64,000 bases of DNA from a bacterium HR15 (lineage in GTDB: Bacteria; Armatimonadota; Fimbriimonadia; Fimbriimonadales; GBS-DC), in the NCBI GenBank assembly GCA_002898555.1, contig BEHR01000014.1:1416-65415 (forward strand), read 5' to 3'. The stretch's first letter is position 1. Each line of letters starts with the position of its first letter. The position numbers and the translations under genes are program-made. Shown piece after piece: positions 18,301 to 26,385 of the stretch. The notes beneath the pieces are model-generated. The model was not told the DNA's origin, searched no databases, and saw nothing but the letters and a program-made list of their open reading frames with translations.

Positions 18301-18925
18301 GCTCAAAACCTGTGAGCAACTGGAGCACGCCCTGCACGAGATCGACATGCATGCCCGCCAGCGGTTTGAGGAAACTTTTGAAGCGGTGCGCGTCGCCTTC
18401 AACGAACGGTTCCAGCAGCTGTTCGAAGGCGGGCATGCCGACCTGATTTTGACCCAGCCACGCGACCCGCTTAGCGCAGGTGTGCTGATTGAAGCACAGC
18501 CGCCCGGCAAACGACGCCAGCGATTGGAGCTGCTCTCCGGTGGCGAGCGTGCGTTGACCGCCACTGCCCTGCTACTCGCCTTTATGCAGGTAAAGCCCAG
18601 CCCCCTCTGCGTGCTGGACGAGGTGGACGCCGCGCTCGACGGGCGCAATGTACAGCGATTTGCCGATCATCTGAAACAGATGGCACAAAACACGCAGGTG
18701 CTGATCGTCACCCACAACCCCATTACCACCGCGGTGGCGGGGCAGTGGATTGGCGTCTCGATGACGGGTGGTGTCTCACGTATCGTGCCCTATGTCCCGC
18801 GCCTTTCCGATTCGGAGACCGATGGGCTGGATGTGCGTCGTGCCGCGATCCACCTCCAGAGCCAGCCAACGCCCGCGCCCACGACCCAACCCATCACCCA
18901 GCCGCCAACCACATCGGATGGATAA
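15380..18925 (+). CDS. smc: Chromosome segregation protein SMC
   Basis: Walker A GPNGCGKSNLVDAI, long Q/E/L/R coiled coils, hinge region, signature LSGGERALTATALLLAF, Walker B CVLDEVDAALD; 1181 aa. Confidence 0.95.
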   Translation: MARTLTQIRIHGFKTFAQRVEIELTHDLVAVVGPNGCGKSNLVDAIVWALGEVSVRALRATTPTEVLFSGSATEKPLGMAEVTLWFDNESRWLPLDTNEVQITRRLYRSGEWECWINRTPARLRDVADLFAGTGLGRGGYAIVGQGEIEAFLSADPEERRRWLEELAGIAFYRNRRRDTLRDLEATRLHLQRIEDVLRELIRQREPLREQAERALAYRELQQQLHAMERQLLLHDFAQLSHQLSIVHQERAHLRQAIEEGRGAMQAAEMQAETHGKVVAHLDAEMDTLRTILQSQLSAEQRLQGDLKALSERERTLQELAQALHEEAGTLQEQEARHSRTVHLLQARLQTARAALQQLLPRLQAARETLQQHEQARQEVDARYHAALHAYAQREQQERERLALQSRLQELDELEPTIRARLQQTEAALLAAQKQEQQLHRELETAQAESDRLDKQLTAHQAQTATRQSLLAKLTAQVQALEASLQAGEGASPAVRRLLQAIQRGELQGEFYPVGAILTIPPELQLAIEAALGSSVNDIITPTEAEARAAIEWLKRNQAGRLTFLPLDILTPAPAPRLAPQQANGILGLAAELVRYDPRFERAVQHLLGRTVVIDTLENAIQWRMANGGRERMVTLEGELIQPSGAITGGRQGTERRGLLALKRQLDDARLALQQVQQQVQTDETALQSLRQRRETAKTRIEALQSELHEAMQQRLLAETEHSRVEQALAQLLHERKSLTEQLAQLDIQLAQQPLPDLTALQAERDQIQHAYAESVQALATLQAEQERLQREIEETTARLQSEQQQLQQVQQRLHHRHERMQAIQREYDQIQTRRAQLQQERETLLAQIEHAQARLEQLRAERQQQLTQSLQWSEQARQLRQQLQQMNERDRALELQSARIEVRLAELSEQWQRLFPDEPKLEGKLSIGNPPSRSAVEKVRRALQAMGEVNLGAAEEYARLTERIDTLTQQRDDLLKTCEQLEHALHEIDMHARQRFEETFEAVRVAFNERFQQLFEGGHADLILTQPRDPLSAGVLIEAQPPGKRRQRLELLSGGERALTATALLLAFMQVKPSPLCVLDEVDAALDGRNVQRFADHLKQMAQNTQVLIVTHNPITTAVAGQWIGVSMTGGVSRIVPYVPRLSDSETDGLDVRRAAIHLQSQPTPAPTTQPITQPPTTSDG

Positions 18926-19374
18926 TGCACGCCCACATAAACGCGCGAGAATCCCACCAGCAGCGGCAGCCAGAGGAGCGAAAGGGCAGTCCGCCAATGG
19001 ACCACCTCCCCTGCTAATCCCACCAGCGCTGCCATGTTCGCTGCATGGGCGGAAGGAAACGAAGGGGAGGTGAGCCTTCCTGTGAGTGGTTCAATCGGCA
19101 GCGCAACGCATGGGCGCACGCGCCCCACCCAATTCTTTAGCAAATCGCACGCCTCGTTCGCCACGATCAGGGTTGGCACAAGCAACAGCGCGAAGAGGCG
19201 CGCCCGTCCCCCTCGCCACACTAACAACAGCCACAGCAGCAGCAAGCCGATGCGTACACTCCACCACTTGTTGCCCTCCGAAAGGAACAGCATCAGTGGC
19301 GTGAGCCAATCCGTGCGCAATCCCTCAAAGACCCAGTAGAACAACTGAGTATCCCAGTGCTGGAGAGTGCTCAT
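18790..19374 (-). CDS. PAP2-family lipid phosphatase (undecaprenyl-diphosphatase / PgpB-like)
   Basis: SFPSAHAANMAAL and SRVYVGVHYPSDVVGG phosphatase motifs, multi-TM. Start overlaps the Lon-like stop (ATGA). Confidence 0.8.
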   Translation of the reverse strand: MSTLQHWDTQLFYWVFEGLRTDWLTPLMLFLSEGNKWWSVRIGLLLLWLLLVWRGGRARLFALLLVPTLIVANEACDLLKNWVGRVRPCVALPIEPLTGRLTSPSFPSAHAANMAALVGLAGEVVHWRTALSLLWLPLLVGFSRVYVGVHYPSDVVGGWVMGWVVGAGVGWLWRWIAARRTSSPSVSESERRGT

Positions 19375-21803
19375 TCTTCGGAGGAAGGAGGCGATTCGCC
19401 AAAGCGTGTCGCTTGCTGCACGAGACGGCTGAACTCCCGCAAGCGCCCTTCGACACGGGCATTAAAACTGCCTTCGGGGAATTTACCGTCCGCGTCACGC
19501 TCTCCTGCTGATAGCCCACTCAAAATTTCCAGGCCCTCGTTCACATGCGAGATAGCCCAGATATGGAATTTGCCCTCACGCACCGCTTCGACCACCTCGT
19601 CCTTGAGCATCAAGTGCTGCAGGTTCGCCTTCGGAATAATCACACCCTGCTCGCCTGTCAGCCCATGTGCTTTGCACACCTCATAGAAGCCTTCGATCTT
19701 CTCGTTCACGCCACCAATTGCCTGAATCTCGCCTCGCTGGTTCACGGACCCCGTGACAGCGATAGATTGCTTGAGCGGGACATTCGCGATGGCAGAGAGC
19801 AAGGCAAACAGTTCCGCACTGGACGCGCTATCGCCCTCCACGCCCTCATAACTCTGCTCAAACACCAGCCGTGCCGAGAGGGTAAGCGGCGCGTCTGGGA
19901 GATAGGTCGCTGCCAGATAGCCTGTCAAAATCATTACCCCCTTGCTGTGAATCGGCCCACCCAGCTTCACCTCGCGCTCGATATCGACAATCCCCGCGCT
20001 GCCTGGACGCACGGTTGCCGTGATCCGGCTGGGACGCCCGAACTCATAATCGACCAGATTAATCACCGATAGCCCGTTCACCTGTCCGATGGCCTCGCCC
20101 TGCGTGTCAATAAGAATCACGCCGCGTCGAATCAGCTCCTGAATGCGTTCTTGGAGCAGGCTGGAACGATAGACCTTTTGCTCTAATGCCTTGTCGACAT
20201 GGCGCGCGGAGATGGTGTTTGCGCTATCCTGCATCGCCCAATAATGCGCTTCCAGCACGACGCTAACCAGCGAGCCGAAATGGGTGGAGAGCTTCTGCTG
20301 GTCGCTTGCCAGCCGCATGGCATACTCCAGCATACGCGCTGCGCCCGTGTTGTCAAGCGGTAGCAGGTTCTGCTTGCAGCAAACCGAGCAGAGGAAGCGC
20401 AAGAAATTTTGCTGATTGCGCTCGTTCAGCTCCATGCGGGTGTCGAACTCCGCCCGCACACGGAACAGCTCGCCGAACTCATCGTCAAGCAGGCTTAGTA
20501 GATAGTAATACAGGGGTGGTCCGACCAAGATGATTTTGGCGCGGAGCGGCATCGGTTGGGGGCGAATGGTCTTGGCGACCGCAAAGCCAATCGTTTCGAA
20601 GGGGTCCTCAATCTCGATCTGTCCACTGCGCAGGGCGCGCAACAGGCTCTCATAACTGAAGGGGCTGCGCAGCAGTTCTTCGATAGGGATAATTAGGTAG
20701 CCCCCGTTGGCGCGATGGAGCGAGCCGGGCTTGATGAGCGTGAAGTCGGTATAAAGCGCGCCAAACTGCGCCTCCTTCTCCACGCGCCCGAACAGGTTGC
20801 TGTGGCTGGGATTATGCTCGATAATCACGGGCGCGCCCAGCTGCTTGCTGTTATCCACCAGCACATTCACCTGATACTTGCGGAAGGCGACCTCCTGCAG
20901 CCAGAGCAGCGGGATAGGCATTCCTTCGGGCAGCCAGGCGGGACGTTCCCCACGAAACAGCCCGATATTCTCCAAAATGTCCTGTTGCGTGCGTTCCAGA
21001 TAGGCTCGGACGGCAGGCAAGTCGCTATACTTCTCGATAAGGTCCTCCATCAGTCCCCCGACGGCAGCGAGCGCGACCTGCCTATCCAGCTGCTCCAGCT
21101 GCTCGCGGGCATGCCGTTCCAGCTCGCGAATCTGGCGCAGGGTCTGTTTGAGTTCTGTTTCGAGCGAGGTGCGCCGCTGTTGGATCTCCTCGCGGATTGG
21201 CGCGGGGAGCGCTTGATAATCCTGCTCGCTGATGGGGCGGCCGCCGATCAGCGGGATGAGCGCGATGCCAATGGGCGTAACCTGGAACAGAAAGCCGTTC
21301 TGCTGTGCCTTCTCGCCCAGCGATTCCATCAAGCGGTTGCGCTCCTGATCAAGCTGGCGACCGAGTTCATCACGACGGTTAGTGTATTCCTCACTTTCGA
21401 AGGCGCGAGGCAGTTCGCGGCGCGCCTGTTCCAGCAAATGGCGCATATCCTGTTGCAGCTCGCGCCCCCGTCCGGGCGGTAGCTCCAACACGAGGGGTTG
21501 ATAGGGGTCGTCGTAATTATGCACATAGCACCAGTCAGGGGGTGTCGGCTTTTGTTTCGCCATTTCCTCCAAGAAGAGGCGCACCATGGTCATCTTACCG
21601 ATGCTGGGCGGACCCGCCACGAAGATATGGAACCCTTCCGCTTGCACACCCAGCCCGAATCGGAGCGCAGCAGCCGCACGCTCCTGCCCCACGATGCCCT
21701 CCAACGGCTCCAGCTCCGACAGCGTTTCGAAGCCGAGCGTCGCCGCATCGAACCGATACCGTAGCTGCTCCGGCGCGACCCGCAAGTCCAATCGGTTCAT
21801 CAC
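19371..21803 (-). CDS. Lon-like protease with degenerate AAA module (LonC/LonB-like)
   Basis: GPPSIGKM in place of Walker A GxxGxGK[ST]. C-terminal Lon proteolytic domain GDSASSAELFALLSAIANVPL ... GGVNEKIEGF. GTG 21803 or ATG 21800 start. Confidence 0.85.
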   Translation of the reverse strand: MMNRLDLRVAPEQLRYRFDAATLGFETLSELEPLEGIVGQERAAAALRFGLGVQAEGFHIFVAGPPSIGKMTMVRLFLEEMAKQKPTPPDWCYVHNYDDPYQPLVLELPPGRGRELQQDMRHLLEQARRELPRAFESEEYTNRRDELGRQLDQERNRLMESLGEKAQQNGFLFQVTPIGIALIPLIGGRPISEQDYQALPAPIREEIQQRRTSLETELKQTLRQIRELERHAREQLEQLDRQVALAAVGGLMEDLIEKYSDLPAVRAYLERTQQDILENIGLFRGERPAWLPEGMPIPLLWLQEVAFRKYQVNVLVDNSKQLGAPVIIEHNPSHSNLFGRVEKEAQFGALYTDFTLIKPGSLHRANGGYLIIPIEELLRSPFSYESLLRALRSGQIEIEDPFETIGFAVAKTIRPQPMPLRAKIILVGPPLYYYLLSLLDDEFGELFRVRAEFDTRMELNERNQQNFLRFLCSVCCKQNLLPLDNTGAARMLEYAMRLASDQQKLSTHFGSLVSVVLEAHYWAMQDSANTISARHVDKALEQKVYRSSLLQERIQELIRRGVILIDTQGEAIGQVNGLSVINLVDYEFGRPSRITATVRPGSAGIVDIEREVKLGGPIHSKGVMILTGYLAATYLPDAPLTLSARLVFEQSYEGVEGDSASSAELFALLSAIANVPLKQSIAVTGSVNQRGEIQAIGGVNEKIEGFYEVCKAHGLTGEQGVIIPKANLQHLMLKDEVVEAVREGKFHIWAISHVNEGLEILSGLSAGERDADGKFPEGSFNARVEGRLREFSRLVQQATRFGESPPSSEE

Positions 21804-21816
21804 AAAAGGCTATTTC

Positions 21817-21876
21817 GGCTTTTCGGAAGCCGTTCCTGCTGGCGGGCGAATAGAATGCACTCCTGTGCCCCGCCAG
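21817..21876 (-). terminator. Two hairpins between the TIM-barrel gene stop and the Lon-like gene start
   Basis: CTGGCGGG (21839-21846) pairs with CCCGCCAG (21869-21876), 8-bp stem with a large loop. GGCTT-ttcgg-AAGCC at 21817-21831. No clear U-tract. Confidence 0.25.
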
Positions 21877-21882
21877 TTCAAA

Positions 21883-22704
21883 TTAGCTCCATATCTCACG
21901 GACCATCTTCTGCAAAAATGCCAGCGAGCGGCAAAAGCCTGCGTCGCCTTCCGGTTGACCATCCTCAATGCTCAGATAGCCTGTGTAGCCGTGCGCGTGC
22001 AGAATCTTCAGCAGCGGGCGAAAAGGCACTTTGCCTTCGCCCAGCACACAGTGCTGATATTCGCCCGGCAAGCGGTCGCCTGCATGCACATGGTGAACCT
22101 TATGCACCACACGCTGCAGCAGTGCTATGGGGTCCGCCCCGACCATCAGCGGGTTCGCAAAGTCGAAATTGACGCGCACAGGTGTTGGCTCGATTCGCTC
22201 GAAGATGCGCAGAAACCGCTCTGGCAAGAAAGAGAAGTCCTCGCGCGTCCAGCGACGGTCTTTGTAATGGTTCTCGTAGCAGGGATAGACGCCCGCTAAA
22301 ATCGCGTACTCTGCCAACAGGACCATGCACTCCACCGCATAGTGGATGCCATCTTCCTCGCGCAAGTTGTCGTGCTGCATACCAGCGGTGACGCGCACAG
22401 CATTCGCTCCAAGCGTGGCTGCCCACTCCACACGCTGGCGCATTCGCTCCAGCTCGCGCTGGCGCACGGCGGGGTCGGGATTGGTGAAATCGGGCGCGCA
22501 GGTAATTTGACTTACCTGCAGTCCCAACGATTGAAGTGCTTGCTTCACGCGCGGCAAGTTCTGCTCATTCAGAAAATCGTGATAGAGTTCCACAGCGGAC
22601 ACACCAAAGGCAGGCACGCGCTCCAGCCACTCCAAGAGCGACATCTGTCCCTCCACGATGGCGTGAATGTGCCGCACAGGGAGCCACGCAATAGTGGGTC
22701 GCAT
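21883..22704 (-). CDS. Sugar phosphate isomerase/epimerase (xylose-isomerase-like TIM barrel)
   Basis: 273 aa; pattern AVELY...GANAVRV...YENH...NFDFAN...HVHAGD...SIE typical of the AP-endonuclease-2/TIM-barrel family. Start could be the internal ATG at 22644. Confidence 0.7.
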   Translation of the reverse strand: MRPTIAWLPVRHIHAIVEGQMSLLEWLERVPAFGVSAVELYHDFLNEQNLPRVKQALQSLGLQVSQITCAPDFTNPDPAVRQRELERMRQRVEWAATLGANAVRVTAGMQHDNLREEDGIHYAVECMVLLAEYAILAGVYPCYENHYKDRRWTREDFSFLPERFLRIFERIEPTPVRVNFDFANPLMVGADPIALLQRVVHKVHHVHAGDRLPGEYQHCVLGEGKVPFRPLLKILHAHGYTGYLSIEDGQPEGDAGFCRSLAFLQKMVREIWS

Positions 22705-22748
22705 AGGGGTGATTGTACCCTATGAAGGGGCGGGGCAGCGTGGCATGC

Positions 22749-22754
22749 TATACT
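22749..22754 (+). promoter_or_regulatory. -10-like TATACT upstream of the SPOR gene
   Basis: GCTATACTTTATAAC, 47 nt before ATG 22802, which has its own AGGAGG. Confidence 0.3.
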
Positions 22755-22801
22755 TTATAACGATCAACCGCGGTGATGGAATAGATCAGGAGGTGTTGCT
22801 T

Positions 22802-23593
22802 ATGCCGCTCGATTTTCGAACGGTAGACGAAGATGAGGGCTTTTCGATGAGACGATTCTTACGCACGATGGGCTTAGGCGTGGCGGTGTTTCTGCTGTTT
22901 CTGGCGTTGGGCTACTATGTGATCGGTCCGCGTCTTACCTTCACGCCAGAGGGTATTCCGCAGCTGCGGTGGCGTGTAGGCGAGCAGGGTTCCACCGCTG
23001 TGCCTTCCAATCAGCCCCCACCACCGCCCAAGGTAGAGATTTACGAGAAATTGCCGACCGATGTGGTCGCGGCAACGGGCGCGGAGATCGGCGCGCGTGA
23101 GGTCGCGCCCTTTGATTATGACCAGTACCTGAAGCGACGTGCCAAAACACGCCCACCAAAGCAATCATCGCCTTCAGAATCGTCTGCAGGGTCAGATGCA
23201 TCCTCTGAGGAGGAGCCACTTGTGGTGCCTGAGGAGGCTGAGGCATCCCCGATGGACGCGCCCGCCGATACGACCCGCCCACCTGCCCCCCAGGAGCCTG
23301 CACCCGCGCCACAGCCCACACCGTCGCCACAGCCCACATCACATCCACCGACAGAAAGCGGCTCCCGCTTGTACCGAGTACAAGTCGGCGTGTATGAGCA
23401 GCGGGAAAATGCCAATGTTGTTGCCCAGACTCTGATCGCCAGCGGATTTTCCGCCAGCATTGTGCCGTTTCAGACGGAGGGACACACACGCTATCGGGTG
23501 CAGGTGCTGGTCACGCGCGACCGCTCGAAAGCCGAGCAGATGAAGCAGCAGTTGGAGAGCAAGGGCTTCACCGCCTATATCGCGGAGCTATGA
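22802..23593 (+). CDS. SPOR-domain membrane protein (Pro-rich linker)
   Basis: AGGAGG 8 nt upstream of ATG 22802. TM GLGVAVFLLFLALGYYVIG; Pro/Ala/Ser-rich linker. C-terminal SPOR-like YRVQVGVYEQRENANVVAQTLIASGFSASIV...YRVQVLV. Confidence 0.75.
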   Translation: MPLDFRTVDEDEGFSMRRFLRTMGLGVAVFLLFLALGYYVIGPRLTFTPEGIPQLRWRVGEQGSTAVPSNQPPPPPKVEIYEKLPTDVVAATGAEIGAREVAPFDYDQYLKRRAKTRPPKQSSPSESSAGSDASSEEEPLVVPEEAEASPMDAPADTTRPPAPQEPAPAPQPTPSPQPTSHPPTESGSRLYRVQVGVYEQRENANVVAQTLIASGFSASIVPFQTEGHTRYRVQVLVTRDRSKAEQMKQQLESKGFTAYIAEL

Positions 23594-23596
23594 CGC

Positions 23597-24592
23597 TTAG
23601 CCGTCTGAAGGAGCGTAGTAATGCTGATAGGCGAGGGCGCGGAACTTCTCGATGGCGCGGCGCTCCAGCTGACGCATCCGTTCACGCGATAGCCGAGTCA
23701 CGCAACCCGGCGGCACCTCGCTGACTTCCAGTCCCAGCCAGCGATGGATAGCCCAGCATTCGCGCGGCGTCAGATATTTTTTCGCCAGCTCCAACAGTTC
23801 CGACAGCCAGACCCGATAGAACGCCACCGTCTCCGGGTCTTCCTCCTCCGGATTGGATAGCAACGCGCCCAACGGTGCATCCTGCTCCGCGTCGGCTTTC
23901 TGGTCGAGCGAGAGATGCATCTGGGTGTATTTGAGGAGGCGATGGACCTTACTCAGTGGCATGCCAAGGTGGGCAGCGATTTGGTCTGGGGTTGGCTCCT
24001 CGCCATTCATCAGGCGCAATTCCGCTCGCGCCCGTTCAATCCGACGCAATGATTCGATGGCATGGTTCGGCAGACGGATGAGACCGGATTGCGAATCGGC
24101 AGCGCGCCCAATCGCCTGGCGAATCCACCAAGTGGCGTAGGTACTGAAGCGCAGCCCGCGATCGAGGTCAAAGTGATGGATAGCTTTGATCAATCCAATC
24201 GCACCCTCCTGCACAAGGTCTTCGAGGGCGAGTCCTGGACGCACATAGCGGCGTGCCACGCTGAGTACCAAGCGCAGGTTGCATTCCACGAGGCGATTAC
24301 GTGCCTCCTCGTCGCCTGCTTTCGCCCGCTGAAGCAGCTCCAGCTCTTCTTCCGCGCTCAGCAGCGGTTGGCGCAGCGCATGCCCTAACACACTATCGAG
24401 CGTACTGCCGCGCAGCCCCTGCTCCATACCCTCATCCTGCTCCGAATAATCGTCGATAAGCGGCTCATCCTCTATATAATAGCCTTGTGATGCGAACATT
24501 CCCATACCCCGCTGATGGTGAAGCAGCAACTTTCGTGCCATTCCACCGAACGAATCAGCGGCTATAGGGGTTCCCCGCCCCCCCCCTTCCAC
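23597..24592 (-). CDS. RNA polymerase sigma factor, sigma-70 family (RpoD/group 1-2 like)
   Basis: NLRLVLSVARRY, LEDLVQEGAIGLIKAIHHFD, FSTYATWWIRQAIGRA, region 4 HTH. N-terminus uncertain (internal ATGs at 24505/24499). Confidence 0.9.
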   Translation of the reverse strand: MEGGGRGTPIAADSFGGMARKLLLHHQRGMGMFASQGYYIEDEPLIDDYSEQDEGMEQGLRGSTLDSVLGHALRQPLLSAEEELELLQRAKAGDEEARNRLVECNLRLVLSVARRYVRPGLALEDLVQEGAIGLIKAIHHFDLDRGLRFSTYATWWIRQAIGRAADSQSGLIRLPNHAIESLRRIERARAELRLMNGEEPTPDQIAAHLGMPLSKVHRLLKYTQMHLSLDQKADAEQDAPLGALLSNPEEEDPETVAFYRVWLSELLELAKKYLTPRECWAIHRWLGLEVSEVPPGCVTRLSRERMRQLERRAIEKFRALAYQHYYAPSDG

Positions 24593-24637
24593 TGTGGTGG
24601 AAGAGGGGGGCGATGTGAGAGGAGTTACGGAGCAAGC

Positions 24638-26371
24638 TTACCAGTTGCGCAGGATGATATCGGGCCCCAACGGTGGACATTCAAAGGTGTCCGCGCCACG
24701 CTTGCGCAGATGCACCCCATACCAGAACACAATATCCTGGTTAACCACCGACTCGCCGTTCACATATTGGCTGAGGTTGGCAAACGAGCCACCGCTGCCA
24801 ATTAGCTCCTGATCGGCGCCGCCACTGGCTTTGCTGCCTTTGTAGCGCACAATCCATACATCGCCCTCGCCAGTAGTCGGGAGTTCGAAGTTGCCATCTT
24901 TTGGTCCGGGAATAATCTCCACGGCTCGGCGTGTGAGCGTGTTGGTGATGCGCCAGCGGCGGTTGCGACCGGGTTGGCGGAAGCGTTTTGCCTCCAACCG
25001 GATCAGGTTCCAGCGCGGGTGGGGTTCACGCAGCGGCGCATCGGCTTCCTCCACGATGTGGTTGCCCATCTCGTCGATATCGAAATCGAGGCGCCAATAG
25101 GCGTTATGCAGTCGTCCGTAGCACACGCAGCCGCTGTCGACATAGCCGTACAGGAATCGCGGGCGAATGATGCCGTCGGGGTGGAAACGCCAGCCGGTGA
25201 TGTAGCGATACCAGCCCGCGCTACACTCGCTGATCAGCACCAGCTCGCCCTTGTCGGGGTCTTCGAACACGCCCACACCGCGGAAGTTGCCTGCATCGTT
25301 GGCGTCGTCGCAGATGGTGATGGCGCGGGTGCCCGGATCGGCGAAACGCAAGCCGTTGCCCAGGTCGACACCCGTGCACTTGAAGCATGTCTCGCTGTAG
25401 AGCCAGTCGCGATAGGGACCGCAGGCGTTGCCGTCATAGAACACATTCAGCACGGGTATACCTCCTCGGCGAAGAACGAGACGCCCGCGGTAGAACACAT
25501 CGCGAATCTCCACGCCTGCGCCGTAGCTCTGGTCGGAGGTGGTGGCGGAGGGGCGACGCACCAGCATCTGCCAGATGGGATTGCTCTGGGGCCAGGCGAG
25601 CGCTTGCCATGCGGTGCCGTTGGGACCACTGCAGCTGCCGCCGGAAGCAGGACCGTTGCAGGCAGCGGGGAAGAAATCACTACTGCCCGTACCATAGCCT
25701 GCCACGCGCCGATCCACCATGTCGATAAAGAAGGTGCCGATCTCGCGCTCGCGCCCGCTGCCAGGGCGGAAATGCATCAGCACGGCAACGGTGCGGTGCT
25801 CTGGTGGTTTTCCCCCGATGGGCACACCGTCATACCGCTCCAGCACATTGGGGGGGGCGACCTCCGTCAGCACGGGGGGCATACCCGGTGAGCAGAAGGC
25901 TATCCCGCGACGCAGAGGTTCACCATACTTCGGATCCGCCATCAGAATCTCGACTGCTTCACGGAACTCCTCTTCCGAGAAGATATACGGCTGCTCGCGC
26001 AGCGGTTCTACCTTCACCTGGCGGGCGCGTGGGAAATCCGCCACCACCCGATAGCCGATGTTGTTCGTGTAGTCGTAGATAATCAGGATGGCGTTATCGG
26101 GAGGTGGCAGCGTGCCCGGCTCGCGTCCCCATGGATAGTTCAGCCCGGTTTGCAACACATTGTAGCGCACCTTTTCCAGAAAGCGCATGGCGGGGTGCGC
26201 CATTAGGTTACGGGCGAACTCGACTGTATCGCGCTCAGTAATCACATGGAAGATGCCTACGCGCACATTGGTGCCCTTGACAGGCACCGCTTCACGAACA
26301 GAACGCACCAGCGGCAATCCTAACGGATTATCCGCCTGAAGCGACTGCACAGCGTTCAATAACTTTACCAT
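24638..26371 (-). CDS. Divergent copper-amine-oxidase-like protein (fold-level resemblance only; canonical TPQ/His motifs altered)
   Basis: Blocks GVEIRDVFYRGRLVLRRGGIPVLNVFYDG, SAGWYRYITGWRFHPDGIIRPRF, LHNAYWRLDFDIDEMGNHIVEE, DIVFWYGVHLRK resemble CuAO catalytic-domain blocks as I remember them. No obvious signal peptide. Confidence 0.5.
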   Translation of the reverse strand: MVKLLNAVQSLQADNPLGLPLVRSVREAVPVKGTNVRVGIFHVITERDTVEFARNLMAHPAMRFLEKVRYNVLQTGLNYPWGREPGTLPPPDNAILIIYDYTNNIGYRVVADFPRARQVKVEPLREQPYIFSEEEFREAVEILMADPKYGEPLRRGIAFCSPGMPPVLTEVAPPNVLERYDGVPIGGKPPEHRTVAVLMHFRPGSGREREIGTFFIDMVDRRVAGYGTGSSDFFPAACNGPASGGSCSGPNGTAWQALAWPQSNPIWQMLVRRPSATTSDQSYGAGVEIRDVFYRGRLVLRRGGIPVLNVFYDGNACGPYRDWLYSETCFKCTGVDLGNGLRFADPGTRAITICDDANDAGNFRGVGVFEDPDKGELVLISECSAGWYRYITGWRFHPDGIIRPRFLYGYVDSGCVCYGRLHNAYWRLDFDIDEMGNHIVEEADAPLREPHPRWNLIRLEAKRFRQPGRNRRWRITNTLTRRAVEIIPGPKDGNFELPTTGEGDVWIVRYKGSKASGGADQELIGSGGSFANLSQYVNGESVVNQDIVFWYGVHLRKRGADTFECPPLGPDIILRNW

Positions 26372-26385
26372 TGGTCTTTACCTCC

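Noticed and set aside
15380-18925. SMC as part of a Wadjet/Lamassu-type defence system.
   Set aside because: It has full-length canonical SMC architecture (Walker A, hinge, signature motif, Walker B; 1181 aa). There are no JetA/B/D or LmuA/B-like neighbours. The context is housekeeping.
19371-21803. Lon-like protease as BREX BrxL.
   Set aside because: No pglX, pglZ, brxA/B/C or other BREX genes are nearby. The neighbours are a PAP2 phosphatase and metabolic genes.
23593-23597. Convergent SPOR and sigma-70 genes separated by only 3 nt, as a possible regulatory feature.
   Set aside because: It is a real observation, but with no hairpin or other signal to interpret. It is probably just compact genome organisation.
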